Part shown: positions 1 through 8,565 of the stretch, piece by piece
How the letters are laid out: every line of letters starts with the position of its first letter
How positions within the stretch are numbered: the first letter of the stretch is position 1
Assembly (NCBI GenBank): GCA_964553015.1
Contig: CAZKJE010000002.1
Coordinates: 14,175 to 78,174 of the forward strand
DNA: 64,000 bases
Origin: an uncultured Candidatus Saccharibacteria bacterium
GTDB lineage: Bacteria; Patescibacteriota; Minisyncoccia; Phycocordibacterales; UBA9973
Direction of reading: 5' to 3'
Translations under genes and position numbers: made by a program
Notes under the pieces: generated by a model
What the model was told of the DNA's origin: nothing
The model's database searches: none
What the model saw: only the letters and a program-made list of their open reading frames with translations

Positions 1-173
1 CCGGCAGTGACACTCTCTACAGTGTAGTTGTCATTATGCTTGTAAAACATTAAAAGAGTATAGCACTTGCTATGCGAAATTAAAATGCTATTATTGGTGC
101 ACATGTCCCGTACTAAATTTTTGATTACGGGATATAAACGATAAACATTATTAGTTAAAATTTTAGTACTGGG

Positions 174-530
174 ATGTTAGATAAGAAAAAAATAAAAGAA
201 AAATTGGAAAAAGAGCGCGATGTTTTGCTCGCCGAGATGAAAGACATGGGCAAGCTCAACACGGAGACTGAAGAATGGGAAGCAACTCCAGAAGAGCAGA
301 CTTTTCCTGAATCCGATCAGAATGATATGGCCGATCGCTTTGAAGATTTTGAAGCGCGAAGCTCCATGATGCGGACGCTCGAACCAAGGCTTAATAATAT
401 TTTAAAAGCGCTTAAGTCGCTAAACAACGACTCATTCGGCAAATGCAAAGTTTGTAAAAAAGATATTGAGATGGCGCGCCTCGAAGCGAATCCTGCGGCC
501 AGAACCTGTAAAAAACATTTAGAAGAGTAG
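174..530 (+). CDS. TraR/DksA-family zinc-finger protein
   Basis: 118 aa. Acidic coiled-coil N-half, then a C-terminal CKVC-x17-CKKH zinc-finger-like motif typical of the DksA/TraR family. Confidence 0.6.
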   Translation: MLDKKKIKEKLEKERDVLLAEMKDMGKLNTETEEWEATPEEQTFPESDQNDMADRFEDFEARSSMMRTLEPRLNNILKALKSLNNDSFGKCKVCKKDIEMARLEANPAARTCKKHLEE

Positions 531-547
531 AATAACAAAAAAATAAA

Positions 548-2140
548 GTGGCTTTTGCCAAAATATACTCAGCGCAAGTAAATTTACTTACCGGAGCTAT
601 CGTAACTATAGAAGTGGATCTCTCCCGAGGCCTGCATTCTTTTAGTGTCGTCGGCCTGCCGGACAAAGCAGTCGATGAATCTAAAGACAGGGTATCGGGC
701 GCGATAAAGAATTCCGGTTTCCAGTCCCCGAAGGCAAAAAATCAAAAAATAATTGTTTCTCTTTCACCGGCCGACTTAAAGAAAGAGGGGCCATTTTTTG
801 ATTTAGGAATTGCCATCTCGTACATGAAAGCAGCGGGAGATATTAAATTTGATTCCGAGAAAAAAATATTTTTAGGCGAGCTAGGCTTGGACGGCACACT
901 TCGCCCTATCCGCGGAGCTTTGCCTTTGGCGCAGGAAGCCAGACGGAAAGGATTTGAAGAAATATATCTGCCGAAAGAAAATGCCTCCGAGGCGGCCTTG
1001 GTGGAAGGTATTAAAATTTTTGGCGCTGAAAGTTTGCAGGAAGTCGTGGAGCATATCGATGAGTATAAAAGACCCCCTCTGTCCGATAAAAATAGGACAT
1101 CTCCCCCTTCGCAGGGGGCGAGGAATAAAATTCCGGTCCAGCCGCAGACAAAAGTAAATTACAAAAAAGAAACAAAGGGCGCAGACTTTTCTGATATTCG
1201 CGGACAGGAAGGCGCCAAGCGCGGGCTCGAGATCGCGGCCGCCGGCGGGCATAATATAGCGATGTATGGCCCGCCCGGCACAGGCAAGACGATGCTGGCC
1301 CGGGCTTTTTCGCAATTGTTGCCGGATCTGCCAATTGATGAAGTACTTGAGCTCACGGGAATACATTCTGTGTCCGGCAGCACGCAAGGGGAGCTTGTGT
1401 GCTTTCCCCCGTTTCGCGCCCCGCACCACACTTCTTCTTATGTTTCTATTATCGGCGGGGGAACGTATCCAAAGCCAGGAGAGGTTACACTCGCGCATCG
1501 CGGCGTTTTATTTCTAGACGAGTTTCCGGAATTTGAGAAGAGGGTTATAGAATCTTTACGGCAGCCGCTTGAAGACAATATCGTTTCCATTTCCCGCGCC
1601 AAGGGCACAGCAGTCTTCCCTTCAAATTTTATTTTAGTGGCCGCCATGAATCCCTGCCCGTGCGGAAACGCTGGGAACAAACAAAAGGCCTGCATCTGCA
1701 AGCCGTCCGATTTAGACAGATATAAAAGGAAACTTTCCGGTCCGATTATAGACCGTATTGACCTCTGGGTTTCAGTCGGCAACGTGGATTATAAAAAACT
1801 CGGCGCAAGTGACGATGAGCGGAACGCAGAGAAAAGTGAAAAAATAAAAGATAGAGTTACCCTAGCCAGAGAAATTCAAAAAAAGAGATTTCAAAAATTT
1901 ACAAAAAAAATCAGCACAAACAGTGAAATGAATGTGAAAGACTTAGGCACGATGGCAAAACTCGATGCAAAAGTTCGCGAACTCTTAGACAACAGTGCCG
2001 AAAATCTAGGCCTGTCCGCTCGCGCCTATCACCGCGTAATAAAAATAGCCCGCACTATTGCCGACTTGGAAAATTCTGAAAACGTAGAAGCGAATCATAT
2101 CTTAGAGGCCATTCAATATAGGCCAAAAGTTAACTCATAG
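548..2140 (+). CDS. comM: YifB/ComM-family Mg-chelatase-like AAA+ ATPase
   Basis: 530 aa. Walker A GPPGTGKT, Walker B LFLDEFPEF, and a ChlI-like C-terminal region ending ANHILEAIQYR. GTG start. Contains a GC-rich palindromic insert at 1101..1122. Confidence 0.85.
   Translation: MAFAKIYSAQVNLLTGAIVTIEVDLSRGLHSFSVVGLPDKAVDESKDRVSGAIKNSGFQSPKAKNQKIIVSLSPADLKKEGPFFDLGIAISYMKAAGDIKFDSEKKIFLGELGLDGTLRPIRGALPLAQEARRKGFEEIYLPKENASEAALVEGIKIFGAESLQEVVEHIDEYKRPPLSDKNRTSPPSQGARNKIPVQPQTKVNYKKETKGADFSDIRGQEGAKRGLEIAAAGGHNIAMYGPPGTGKTMLARAFSQLLPDLPIDEVLELTGIHSVSGSTQGELVCFPPFRAPHHTSSYVSIIGGGTYPKPGEVTLAHRGVLFLDEFPEFEKRVIESLRQPLEDNIVSISRAKGTAVFPSNFILVAAMNPCPCGNAGNKQKACICKPSDLDRYKRKLSGPIIDRIDLWVSVGNVDYKKLGASDDERNAEKSEKIKDRVTLAREIQKKRFQKFTKKISTNSEMNVKDLGTMAKLDAKVRELLDNSAENLGLSARAYHRVIKIARTIADLENSENVEANHILEAIQYRPKVNS
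1101..1122. repeat. GC-rich palindromic element, in frame in comM
   Basis: CTCCCCC-TTCGCA-GGGGGCGAG. The CCCCC/GGGGG stem and TTCGCA loop match the recG copy at 49493..49514. Encodes SPPSQGA. Confidence 0.6.
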
Positions 2141-2142
2141 AG

Positions 2143-2151
2143 TTATCCACA
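2143..2151 (+). promoter_or_regulatory. TTATCCACA motif (identical to the DnaA-box consensus), 9 bp upstream of a -35 box
   Basis: Perfect 9-mer preceded by G. Same motif and orientation at 18821, 19812 and 44720 (variant). Confidence 0.4.
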
Positions 2152-2160
2152 TCTGGCTTG

Positions 2161-2189
2161 TTGACAGTGAACGCTCGTTCACTTATACT
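2161..2189 (+). promoter_or_regulatory. Sigma70-type promoter with a LexA (SOS/Cheo-type) box in the spacer
   Basis: TTGACA (2161..2166), 17-nt spacer, TATACT (2184..2189). The spacer is the inverted repeat GTGAAC-GCTC-GTTCAC (2167..2182), which contains GAAC-N4-GTTC. A lexA homolog lies downstream. Confidence 0.7.
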
Positions 2190-2203
2190 AATTAAGTCGC
2201 AAA

Positions 2204-2253
2204 TACCCCTACCCGGCCTCTCCCTAAAGTAGGGGGAGGAGAAAGGAGGGGGT
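2204..2253 (+). repeat. GC-rich palindromic element in the 5' UTR of the SOS-controlled transcript
   Basis: CCTCTCCCT-AAAGT-AGGGGGAGG with an outer ACCCCT/AGGGGGT pairing. The core resembles part of the 40714..40852 element. Confidence 0.55.
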
Positions 2254-2278
2254 AAATTATAAAATTAAAAACAAAGCT

Positions 2279-2479
2279 ATGAGTCAAACACAATATTTAA
2301 AAATGCTGGAGAGAGAAATCCAAGCAATAAATAAGAGGATAGATCTTAAAATTCTCAAGGGTCAGAATTATCACAAAGAGGCGATAGAACACAAGCTCCT
2401 AATTAGGAAAGTGCGATATCATTCCCGAAGTAACTTTTTGCGTAAATTTTTTCCCACTTTTGCGCAGTTTTCTTTTTAG
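2279..2479 (+). CDS. Hypothetical small basic protein (66 aa), first ORF of the SOS-box transcript
   Basis: ORF lies between the SOS promoter and lexA. No convincing SD at proper spacing and no recognisable family. Confidence 0.35.
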   Translation: MSQTQYLKMLEREIQAINKRIDLKILKGQNYHKEAIEHKLLIRKVRYHSRSNFLRKFFPTFAQFSF

Positions 2480-2506
2480 TTTCTTTCTAAAAGATAAACA
2501 AAATAA

Positions 2507-3076
2507 ATGATAAGAAATCCCCATCAGATAAAAATAGAATCTTTCTACGGAGAGAATAAGAGGATGCCGACGTATTCGGAAATGATGAAGCTCTTCGGCT
2601 ACAAATCCAAGAATGCGGTTTTTAAAGTCGTGGAGAAATTGATTGACGCAGGGCTCGTCGCCAAAGATCATCTCGGCCGGTTAGTACCCACACAATCTTT
2701 TGGCGAAGTTCCGATGCTTGGGCTGGTGACTGCCGGTTTGCCTGCAAGTGTGGAAGAAGAGCTCGCAGATACTGTGAGCTTGGACGAATTTTTAATAGAA
2801 AAGAAAGCTTTTACATATATGCTAGAGGTGGACGGGGATTCTATGATAGATGCGCACATAGAAAAGGGGGATATGGTTCTCGTCGAGAAGGCAAACCAGG
2901 CTAAAGATATGCAGATAGTCATCGCCGAAGTGGATGGCGAATTTACGATGAAATATTTTAGGCGTGATGGGAATAAATGTTGGCTCGAGCCGGCCAACAA
3001 AAACTACAAACCGATCTATCCGGAACATTCTTTAAATATAAATGCAGTGGTGAAAGCGGTGATTAGGAAATACTAA
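2507..3076 (+). CDS. lexA: LexA repressor (S24 peptidase)
   Basis: 189 aa. N-terminal winged-HTH region (MPTYSEMMKLFGYKSKNAVFKVVEKLIDAGLV), a GLVTAG linker, and a C-terminal S24 domain with the Ser (GDSM) and Lys (TMKYF) dyad context. Confidence 0.85.
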   Translation: MIRNPHQIKIESFYGENKRMPTYSEMMKLFGYKSKNAVFKVVEKLIDAGLVAKDHLGRLVPTQSFGEVPMLGLVTAGLPASVEEELADTVSLDEFLIEKKAFTYMLEVDGDSMIDAHIEKGDMVLVEKANQAKDMQIVIAEVDGEFTMKYFRRDGNKCWLEPANKNYKPIYPEHSLNINAVVKAVIRKY

Positions 3077-3090
3077 ATAAGATAGGAAAT

Positions 3091-3120
3091 CAAAAAATCC
3101 CCCGAATGGGGATTTTTTGA
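3091..3120. terminator. Bidirectional intrinsic terminator between lexA and hup
   Basis: AAAAAATCCCC-(loop)-GGGGATTTTTT hairpin flanked by an A-run and a T-run, so it can act on both strands. Confidence 0.7.
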
Positions 3121-3166
3121 TTTCCTAATTTCTCTCGAGAGAACCCCACTTGGCGGGGCAGGAATA

Positions 3167-3439
3167 TTACGCAACCATATCCTTCAAACCTTTTGCAGGT
3201 CGGAATTTTGGCACTTTCTTTGCAGCCACTTTGACTTGCTCCCCAGTCTTTGGATTGCGAGCCATGCGAGCAGCGCGAGATTTTACTGAAAAGATTCCAA
3301 AGCCGGCGATCGATACTTCCTGTCCCTTTTTCAAGGTCTGGATGATAGCATCAAACATTCCGTCTACGAGCTCTTCAGCCTGCACTTTTGTGCCGCCTAG
3401 TTTTCCGTGTACCCATTCAGCTAATGCTTGTTTATTCAT
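3167..3439 (-). CDS. hup: DNA-binding protein HU
   Basis: 90 aa. GFGIFSVKSRAARMARNPKTGE beta-arm signature of the HU/IHF family. Confidence 0.9.
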   Translation of the reverse strand: MNKQALAEWVHGKLGGTKVQAEELVDGMFDAIIQTLKKGQEVSIAGFGIFSVKSRAARMARNPKTGEQVKVAAKKVPKFRPAKGLKDMVA

Positions 3440-3530
3440 AATGTAAAAAAATTATTTTTGTAATTCTTTCGACCTTTTAACCCTTATTTTTGATACCTAT
3501 TCATTATATATCAAGGGTTTTTTAGCGCAA

Positions 3531-5057
3531 CTACCGGGCGTATTCCACAATTCTTGTCTCTCGGATCATAGTGACCTTGATTTCTCCCGGATATTTTAGT
3601 TCCTGCTCTATTTTTATAGCTATATCGCGTGCCATTATTTTAGCTTCGGCGTCAGATATCTTTTCCGGAGTTACAAATATGCGGATTTCGCGTCCGGCCT
3701 GCAGAGCATATGATTTTTCAACAGCAGGGAACTGGTTTACCAGAGCTTCGAGCTCCTGCAACCTCTTTAGGTAATTTTCAACAGAGTCTCGACGGGCTCC
3801 CGGACGGCCTCCGGATATCGCGTCTGCGGTCTGCACGATGATGGATTCAATAGTTTCGTATGGATAGTCCTCGTGGTGCGATTTCATTGCAGTCACGATG
3901 CGTTCGTCAGCGCCGAATTTCTGAAGGATACGCATGCCTATCTCCACATGCGTGCCCTGTACTTCGTGGTCGAGCGCTTTTCCGATGTCATGCACCAAGG
4001 CTCCAGCCTTGGCAATCTGTACATCGGCGCCGAGCTCTTCGGCAATCATGCCGGCAATGTGAGACATTTCCGTAGAGTGCTGTAGAACGTTCTGGCCATA
4101 GCTTGTTCGGAAATATAATCGGCCGATAATCGCTACGATGCGCGGATCAAAGTTAAATATTCCGCATTCATACACCGCCTGTTCTCCTTTTTCCTTAATT
4201 ATTTTATTTATATCTTCCTTCGCTTTTTCTACGAGCTCTTCAATTTTTGCCGGCTGAATGCGTCCGTCTAAGATTAGGTTCTCAAGCGCCAAGCGGGCTA
4301 CCTGTCTTCGGATAGGATCGAAACAGGAGATAACAATAGAGCCAGGAGTATCGTCCACGATGAGCTCCACTCCCGCTGCCCGTTCAAATGCGCGGATATT
4401 GCGGCCTTCTTTTCCGATAATTTTTCCTTTAATTTCATTGTTTGGAATAGAAACAACTGTCGTCATGAGTTCGGAAGCTGTACTCGCGGCTAAACGCTGA
4501 ATAGAAGTCGCCAGGATATCTTTTGCGTGCCTATCAAGCTTTTCCTCGTTACTATTTTCCAATTTCTGAATACGAATCATGATGTCTTCTTCATATTTTT
4601 TTTCTACATCTCGAAGAAGTTCTTCTTTGGCTTCGTTTTCTGTCAGCTCTGCGACTCTCTCCAGCTCTATTCTTTTTTCATCTTCTATTTTTAATATTTT
4701 TTCCTGTATTTTTTTAACCTCCTCAACTTTTAGCTTGATCACTTCGGCTTCCTTGTTTACTTCCACCTGCCGCGCGTCCAAGAACTCATCTTTTTTTATG
4801 AGTCTTTTTTCGGTTTCTTTCCATTCATCAGTCTTTCTCTTCTCTTCTTCTTTTAAGTTGCCGACCAGCTCTTCGGATTTTTTCTTGGCTTCATCCGTGA
4901 TCCTTTGCGCTTCTTCTTTCGCGCCGACCATCATCTGTTTTATGTCTATCTCAATAGACCTGCGTTTTCCGAGCGCGACCAAAAGGCGCAGATAGTATCC
5001 GACTATCACGCCCAAAAGGAGCACTCCGACTCCGACTAGAATTATTATTATGCTCAT
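3531..5057 (-). CDS. rny: Ribonuclease Y
   Basis: 508 aa. N-terminal TM anchor, K/E-rich coiled coil, KH domain (GKIIGKEGRNIR) and HD domain (VHDIGKA, SHHEDYP). Confidence 0.9.
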   Translation of the reverse strand: MSIIIILVGVGVLLLGVIVGYYLRLLVALGKRRSIEIDIKQMMVGAKEEAQRITDEAKKKSEELVGNLKEEEKRKTDEWKETEKRLIKKDEFLDARQVEVNKEAEVIKLKVEEVKKIQEKILKIEDEKRIELERVAELTENEAKEELLRDVEKKYEEDIMIRIQKLENSNEEKLDRHAKDILATSIQRLAASTASELMTTVVSIPNNEIKGKIIGKEGRNIRAFERAAGVELIVDDTPGSIVISCFDPIRRQVARLALENLILDGRIQPAKIEELVEKAKEDINKIIKEKGEQAVYECGIFNFDPRIVAIIGRLYFRTSYGQNVLQHSTEMSHIAGMIAEELGADVQIAKAGALVHDIGKALDHEVQGTHVEIGMRILQKFGADERIVTAMKSHHEDYPYETIESIIVQTADAISGGRPGARRDSVENYLKRLQELEALVNQFPAVEKSYALQAGREIRIFVTPEKISDAEAKIMARDIAIKIEQELKYPGEIKVTMIRETRIVEYAR

Positions 5058-5248
5058 AAGCCTGTGTCAGCTTACAAGAACAAACCACTATATTTTAGAT
5101 TTTTCCTGCCTGCATGCCAAAGATTTGCAAACTTTCTCTTATCTTTTCTTTTGAAAACTTCATAATATATGGGATATTCCTGTGAACCAATGTAAAATAA
5201 ATTTTTAAAATTCAACGTACATAGTATAACAGAAAGGATAAAATTAGT

Positions 5249-5854
5249 CTAGTTTTCCTGTTTTGACCCTGGAGTTTTGGATTTGGTGACTATTTCGTCT
5301 ATTATTCCGTACTTCTGCGCCTCTTGCGCATCCATGAAGAAGTCCCTCTCCACGTCTTTTTCAATCTGGGTGAGGGATTTGCCGGTATTTTTTGCCAAAA
5401 GTTTGTTTAAATTATCTCTGGTCTTTAAAATATGCTTTGCCGTGATTGCAATATCGGTGGCTTGGCCTTCCACTCCGCCCAAGGGCTGGTGGATCATGAT
5501 CTCGGCGTTCGGCAAAATATAGCGCTTGCCACGCTTACCGGAAGACATGATGATAGCGGCGCCTGAAGCAGCGAGGCCGACACAGAAGGTAGAAATATCC
5601 GGACGGACATGATTCATGGTGTCCACTATGGCCATAGTAGAAGTCACCGATCCGCCCGGAGAATTTATATAAAGATGAATATCTTTTTTAGCATCTTCGG
5701 ATTCTAGAAATAGAAGCTGGGCGATGACGATATTTGCGGTGTTGTCGTCAATCGGTCCGGCTAAAAAGACTATCCGCTCGCGCAAAAGGCGGGAATATAT
5801 GTCGTAAGCGCGTTCTCCAAATTGCGATTTTTCTATTACTGTTGGTATTAACAT
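5249..5854 (-). CDS. clpP: ATP-dependent Clp protease proteolytic subunit
   Basis: 201 aa. ClpP family throughout ([29 protein letters not shown]). Confidence 0.95.
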   Translation of the reverse strand: MLIPTVIEKSQFGERAYDIYSRLLRERIVFLAGPIDDNTANIVIAQLLFLESEDAKKDIHLYINSPGGSVTSTMAIVDTMNHVRPDISTFCVGLAASGAAIIMSSGKRGKRYILPNAEIMIHQPLGGVEGQATDIAITAKHILKTRDNLNKLLAKNTGKSLTQIEKDVERDFFMDAQEAQKYGIIDEIVTKSKTPGSKQEN

Positions 5855-5893
5855 GTAAATATTATATTCTAATTTTTAACTTTTTCAAGCTTG

Positions 5894-5922
5894 TTGACAT
5901 AAACCTACTTTAAGTGTATAAT
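5894..5922 (+). promoter_or_regulatory. Consensus promoter for the small ORF at 5964
   Basis: TTGACA (5894..5899), 17 nt, TATAAT (5917..5922). Confidence 0.65.
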
Positions 5923-5963
5923 ACCAAACGAATAAAAATTGAACCAAAAGGAGGATTCCAATC

Positions 5964-6143
5964 ATGAAGTTTATTTTCTTGCAGAATACATCTGACGGGT
6001 GCAAGCCCATGTGGCTTACGCCCCCGTTTGATGCCCCGTCCGTAGAAAGAGCGGATCAGATCACCAAAGAGCGATACCTCCACGAGGGCGAGCTCTACAA
6101 AAAGGTTGAAAAAACCGAGACGATCGTGAGAGGAATCTGGTAG
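5964..6143 (+). CDS. Unlisted small ORF (59 aa), hypothetical
   Basis: ATG at 5964 is preceded by AAAGGAGG at proper spacing. It has a consensus promoter upstream and tandem terminators downstream. Translation: MKFIFLQNTSDGCKPMWLTPPFDAPSVERADQITKERYLHEGELYKKVEKTETIVRGIW. It is below the 60-aa cutoff of the ORF track. G+C and codon choice are visibly richer than in neighbours. Confidence 0.5.
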   Translation: MKFIFLQNTSDGCKPMWLTPPFDAPSVERADQITKERYLHEGELYKKVEKTETIVRGIW

Positions 6144-6161
6144 AGTAGCACAACAACATCG

Positions 6162-6252
6162 CTCGCTCTGGGCAAGAAGACTCGTCTTCTGCTTCGGGCG
6201 AGTTTTCTTTTTACCTCCTTGCCCTGCTTAGCGGGGCTTGCTTCTCTTTTTT
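6162..6252 (+). terminator. Two tandem intrinsic terminators
   Basis: Long hairpin 6162..6202 followed by TTTTCTTTTT. Second hairpin GCCCTGC-TTA-GCGGGGC (6221..6237) followed by a T-rich tail. Confidence 0.6.
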
Positions 6253-6275
6253 AAAGTGCTACTATTTTACCTAAT

Positions 6276-7523
6276 GTGTCTAATGAAATACGTAAAAATA
6301 TGCCAAGAAAAATGATAAGTGTAGAAGGCAACATAGTAAATAAAGATAAAGTTTTCCGCGGAAGAATTGAAATTGATCAGAGCGGAATGATAGATAAAAT
6401 CGGCGAACCGAAAGGTGACGCCGATTTTATTTTTGAGGATGAATTAATTTTTCCCGGATTCATAGATCTGCATGTGCATGCGCGGGAAGATGCAAGCCAC
6501 ACGCAAGATTACAAAGAAGATTTTATCTCCTCGGGAGTTGCGGCGATAAGCGGCGGAGTGACAGCATTTGCAGAAATGCCGAACAATCCAGTACCGCCGA
6601 TTGATGATAAAAGTTACGCAGAAAAAAAAGAATTAACTAAGAAATCTCCAGTTCCAGTTTTACTTTATGCAGGCATCGGCCCTAAGACAAAACCGCTTTC
6701 ATCAAAAGTTCCGTACAAAGTTTTTATGGGTAAATCTGTCGGCGATCTTTTTTTTACAACACTGGAAGAATTAGAATCAGTAATAAAAAATTACAAGGGA
6801 CAATACGTGAGTTTCCACTGCGAGGATCCGGAAATTCTGGAAGAAAAAACTCATGAGTTAACTCATGAGTTACAGCGCCCCAGAGAAGCTGAAATTTCCG
6901 GAATAGATTTCGCGCTCAAATTAATAGAAAAATATAATATTTTTGGAAAAATTTGTCATGTATCTACGATAGGAGGAATACAAAAAATTATTGAAGCAAA
7001 AAAAAGAGGGGTAAATGTAACAGTAGAAGTAACTCCGCATCATTTGTATTTTGCGAAAGCAAATAAAAATTTACAAGTCAATCCGCCCATACGTGATGTA
7101 GAAGATTGTGCGGCTTTAATAAAACTTTTGAAACGAGGCGATATTGATTTTCTTGCTACCGACCATGCTCCGCACACAAAAGAAGAGAAGAAAAAAGGAG
7201 TTTCAGGCATGCCGCATTTAGATACTTACGGACCGTTTATCGCATGGCTTATAAAAGAACACGGTTTTACGCAGGAAGAAATTGCGAGAGTATGCGCATA
7301 TAATCCGGGTGTTTTTTTAAATAGTTTTATGCCTGAGAAATATGGAGAAACAAAAGAAGGCTACGTTGGCTCGCTTACAGTAATAAATATGAACAAGCCA
7401 GTAAGGATAAAAAAAGAAATGCTTAAAACGAAATGCGGCTGGTCGCCTTTTCTGGGGGTGACATTTCCGGGAAGCGTTACTATGACAATAGTAAAAGGAG
7501 AAATTTATGAAAACAGAAAATAG
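6276..7523 (+). CDS. pyrC: Dihydroorotase
   Basis: 415 aa. Amidohydrolase metal motifs DLHVHAR and ATDHAPH. First gene of the pyr cluster. The start is uncertain (GTG 6276 per track, or an internal ATG). Confidence 0.85.
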   Translation: MSNEIRKNMPRKMISVEGNIVNKDKVFRGRIEIDQSGMIDKIGEPKGDADFIFEDELIFPGFIDLHVHAREDASHTQDYKEDFISSGVAAISGGVTAFAEMPNNPVPPIDDKSYAEKKELTKKSPVPVLLYAGIGPKTKPLSSKVPYKVFMGKSVGDLFFTTLEELESVIKNYKGQYVSFHCEDPEILEEKTHELTHELQRPREAEISGIDFALKLIEKYNIFGKICHVSTIGGIQKIIEAKKRGVNVTVEVTPHHLYFAKANKNLQVNPPIRDVEDCAALIKLLKRGDIDFLATDHAPHTKEEKKKGVSGMPHLDTYGPFIAWLIKEHGFTQEEIARVCAYNPGVFLNSFMPEKYGETKEGYVGSLTVINMNKPVRIKKEMLKTKCGWSPFLGVTFPGSVTMTIVKGEIYENRK

Positions 7524-8565
7524 AACAGCAAAATTAATTCTGAAAGACGGTACTATTTTTGAGGCAAAAAGTTTCGGCGCTTCAAAATCTACTGCCGGCG
7601 AAGTGGTTTTTGCCACGGGAATGACCGGCTATCCCGAAGCGCTGACAGATCCATCCTTCAAGGGACAAATTTTAGTAATGACATATCCCTTGATCGGGAA
7701 TTATGGAGTTCCTAAAAAAGAAGACTGGGAATCGGACAAGATCCAAGTTTCCGGGCTTGTAGTGTGTAATTACATAGATACGCCGTCGCATCATGCAAGC
7801 GAGATGACTTTGGCCGAGTGGTTCAAAAAAGAAGGCGTGCCACTTCTTGAGATAAAAGACACAAGGCTGCTTACAGAAAAATTACGGGACGAGGGGGCAA
7901 CACTAGGCAAAATAATTATTGGAAGCAAAAATGTTAATTTTGCAGATCCGAATTTGAGAAACTTGGCTGGAGAAGTGAGTACGAAAGAAATTTATTTTAT
8001 GGGCGAGGGAAAAGATACGATTGTGCTTTTGGATTGTGGCGCCAAGAGGAATATAATTAGAAGCCTTGCAGAAAGAGGGCTTAGGGTTGCAGTAGTTCCG
8101 TGGAATACCGATGTAACCAAATTAGATTTTCAATTTAGCGCGGTAGTGATTTCAAACGGCCCCGGAGATCCAAAGAAAGTAACCGCTACTATCAATAATG
8201 TTAAAAAAATTATTGCTAAAAAAATCCCTACGCTGGGTATTTGTTTGGGAAACCAAATTTTAACTTTAGCCATGGGAGGCACAACGTATAAAATGAAATT
8301 CGGGCACCGAAGCCAGAATCAGCCAGTAGTGCAAACGGGTACAAATAAGTGTTATTTAACAACCCAAAATCATGGTTTTGCAGTTAAACAAATTCCCAAA
8401 AATTTCAGACAATGGTTTCATAATGCGAACGATAATACGAATGAGGGAGTTATTCATGAGACCCTGCCATTTATGTCTGTGCAGTTTCATCCGGAAAGTA
8501 CTCCGGGACCCGTGGACACTGATTGGGTATTTGATTATTTTTTGAAAAAAGCTGATGAAAAATAA
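7507..8565 (+). CDS. carA: Carbamoyl-phosphate synthase small (glutaminase) subunit
   Basis: 352 aa. GATase class I triad context (LGICLGNQ, VQFHPE). Overlaps pyrC and carB ends, suggesting translational coupling. Confidence 0.95.
   Translation: MKTENRTAKLILKDGTIFEAKSFGASKSTAGEVVFATGMTGYPEALTDPSFKGQILVMTYPLIGNYGVPKKEDWESDKIQVSGLVVCNYIDTPSHHASEMTLAEWFKKEGVPLLEIKDTRLLTEKLRDEGATLGKIIIGSKNVNFADPNLRNLAGEVSTKEIYFMGEGKDTIVLLDCGAKRNIIRSLAERGLRVAVVPWNTDVTKLDFQFSAVVISNGPGDPKKVTATINNVKKIIAKKIPTLGICLGNQILTLAMGGTTYKMKFGHRSQNQPVVQTGTNKCYLTTQNHGFAVKQIPKNFRQWFHNANDNTNEGVIHETLPFMSVQFHPESTPGPVDTDWVFDYFLKKADEK

Noticed and set aside
2143-2151. Interpreting the TTATCCACA boxes as a replication origin.
   Set aside because: The boxes are isolated single sites spread over 42 kb. 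They are not clustered, there is no adjacent AT-rich unwinding element or dnaA/dnaN, and each is tied to a promoter instead.
3150-3446. 98-aa plus-strand ORF opposite hup.
   Set aside because: It fully overlaps the clearly recognisable HU gene on the other strand, so it is a shadow ORF.
4579-4995. Long antisense ORFs inside rny (4579..4995), tig (13005..13448), the coiled-coil gene/hppA (14383..15120), nusA (17124..17708) and many others in the track.
   Set aside because: These are low-complexity Ser/Phe/Leu-rich shadow frames opposite K/E-rich or well-supported genes. They have no start signals and no family resemblance.
5964-6252. The small ORF plus terminators acting as a leader-peptide attenuator of the pyr operon.
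   Set aside because: 59 codons is long for a leader peptide. A separate TGcTACTAT -10 box (6257..6265) lies after the terminators, just before pyrC. No PyrR-binding-loop-like sequence was recognised.
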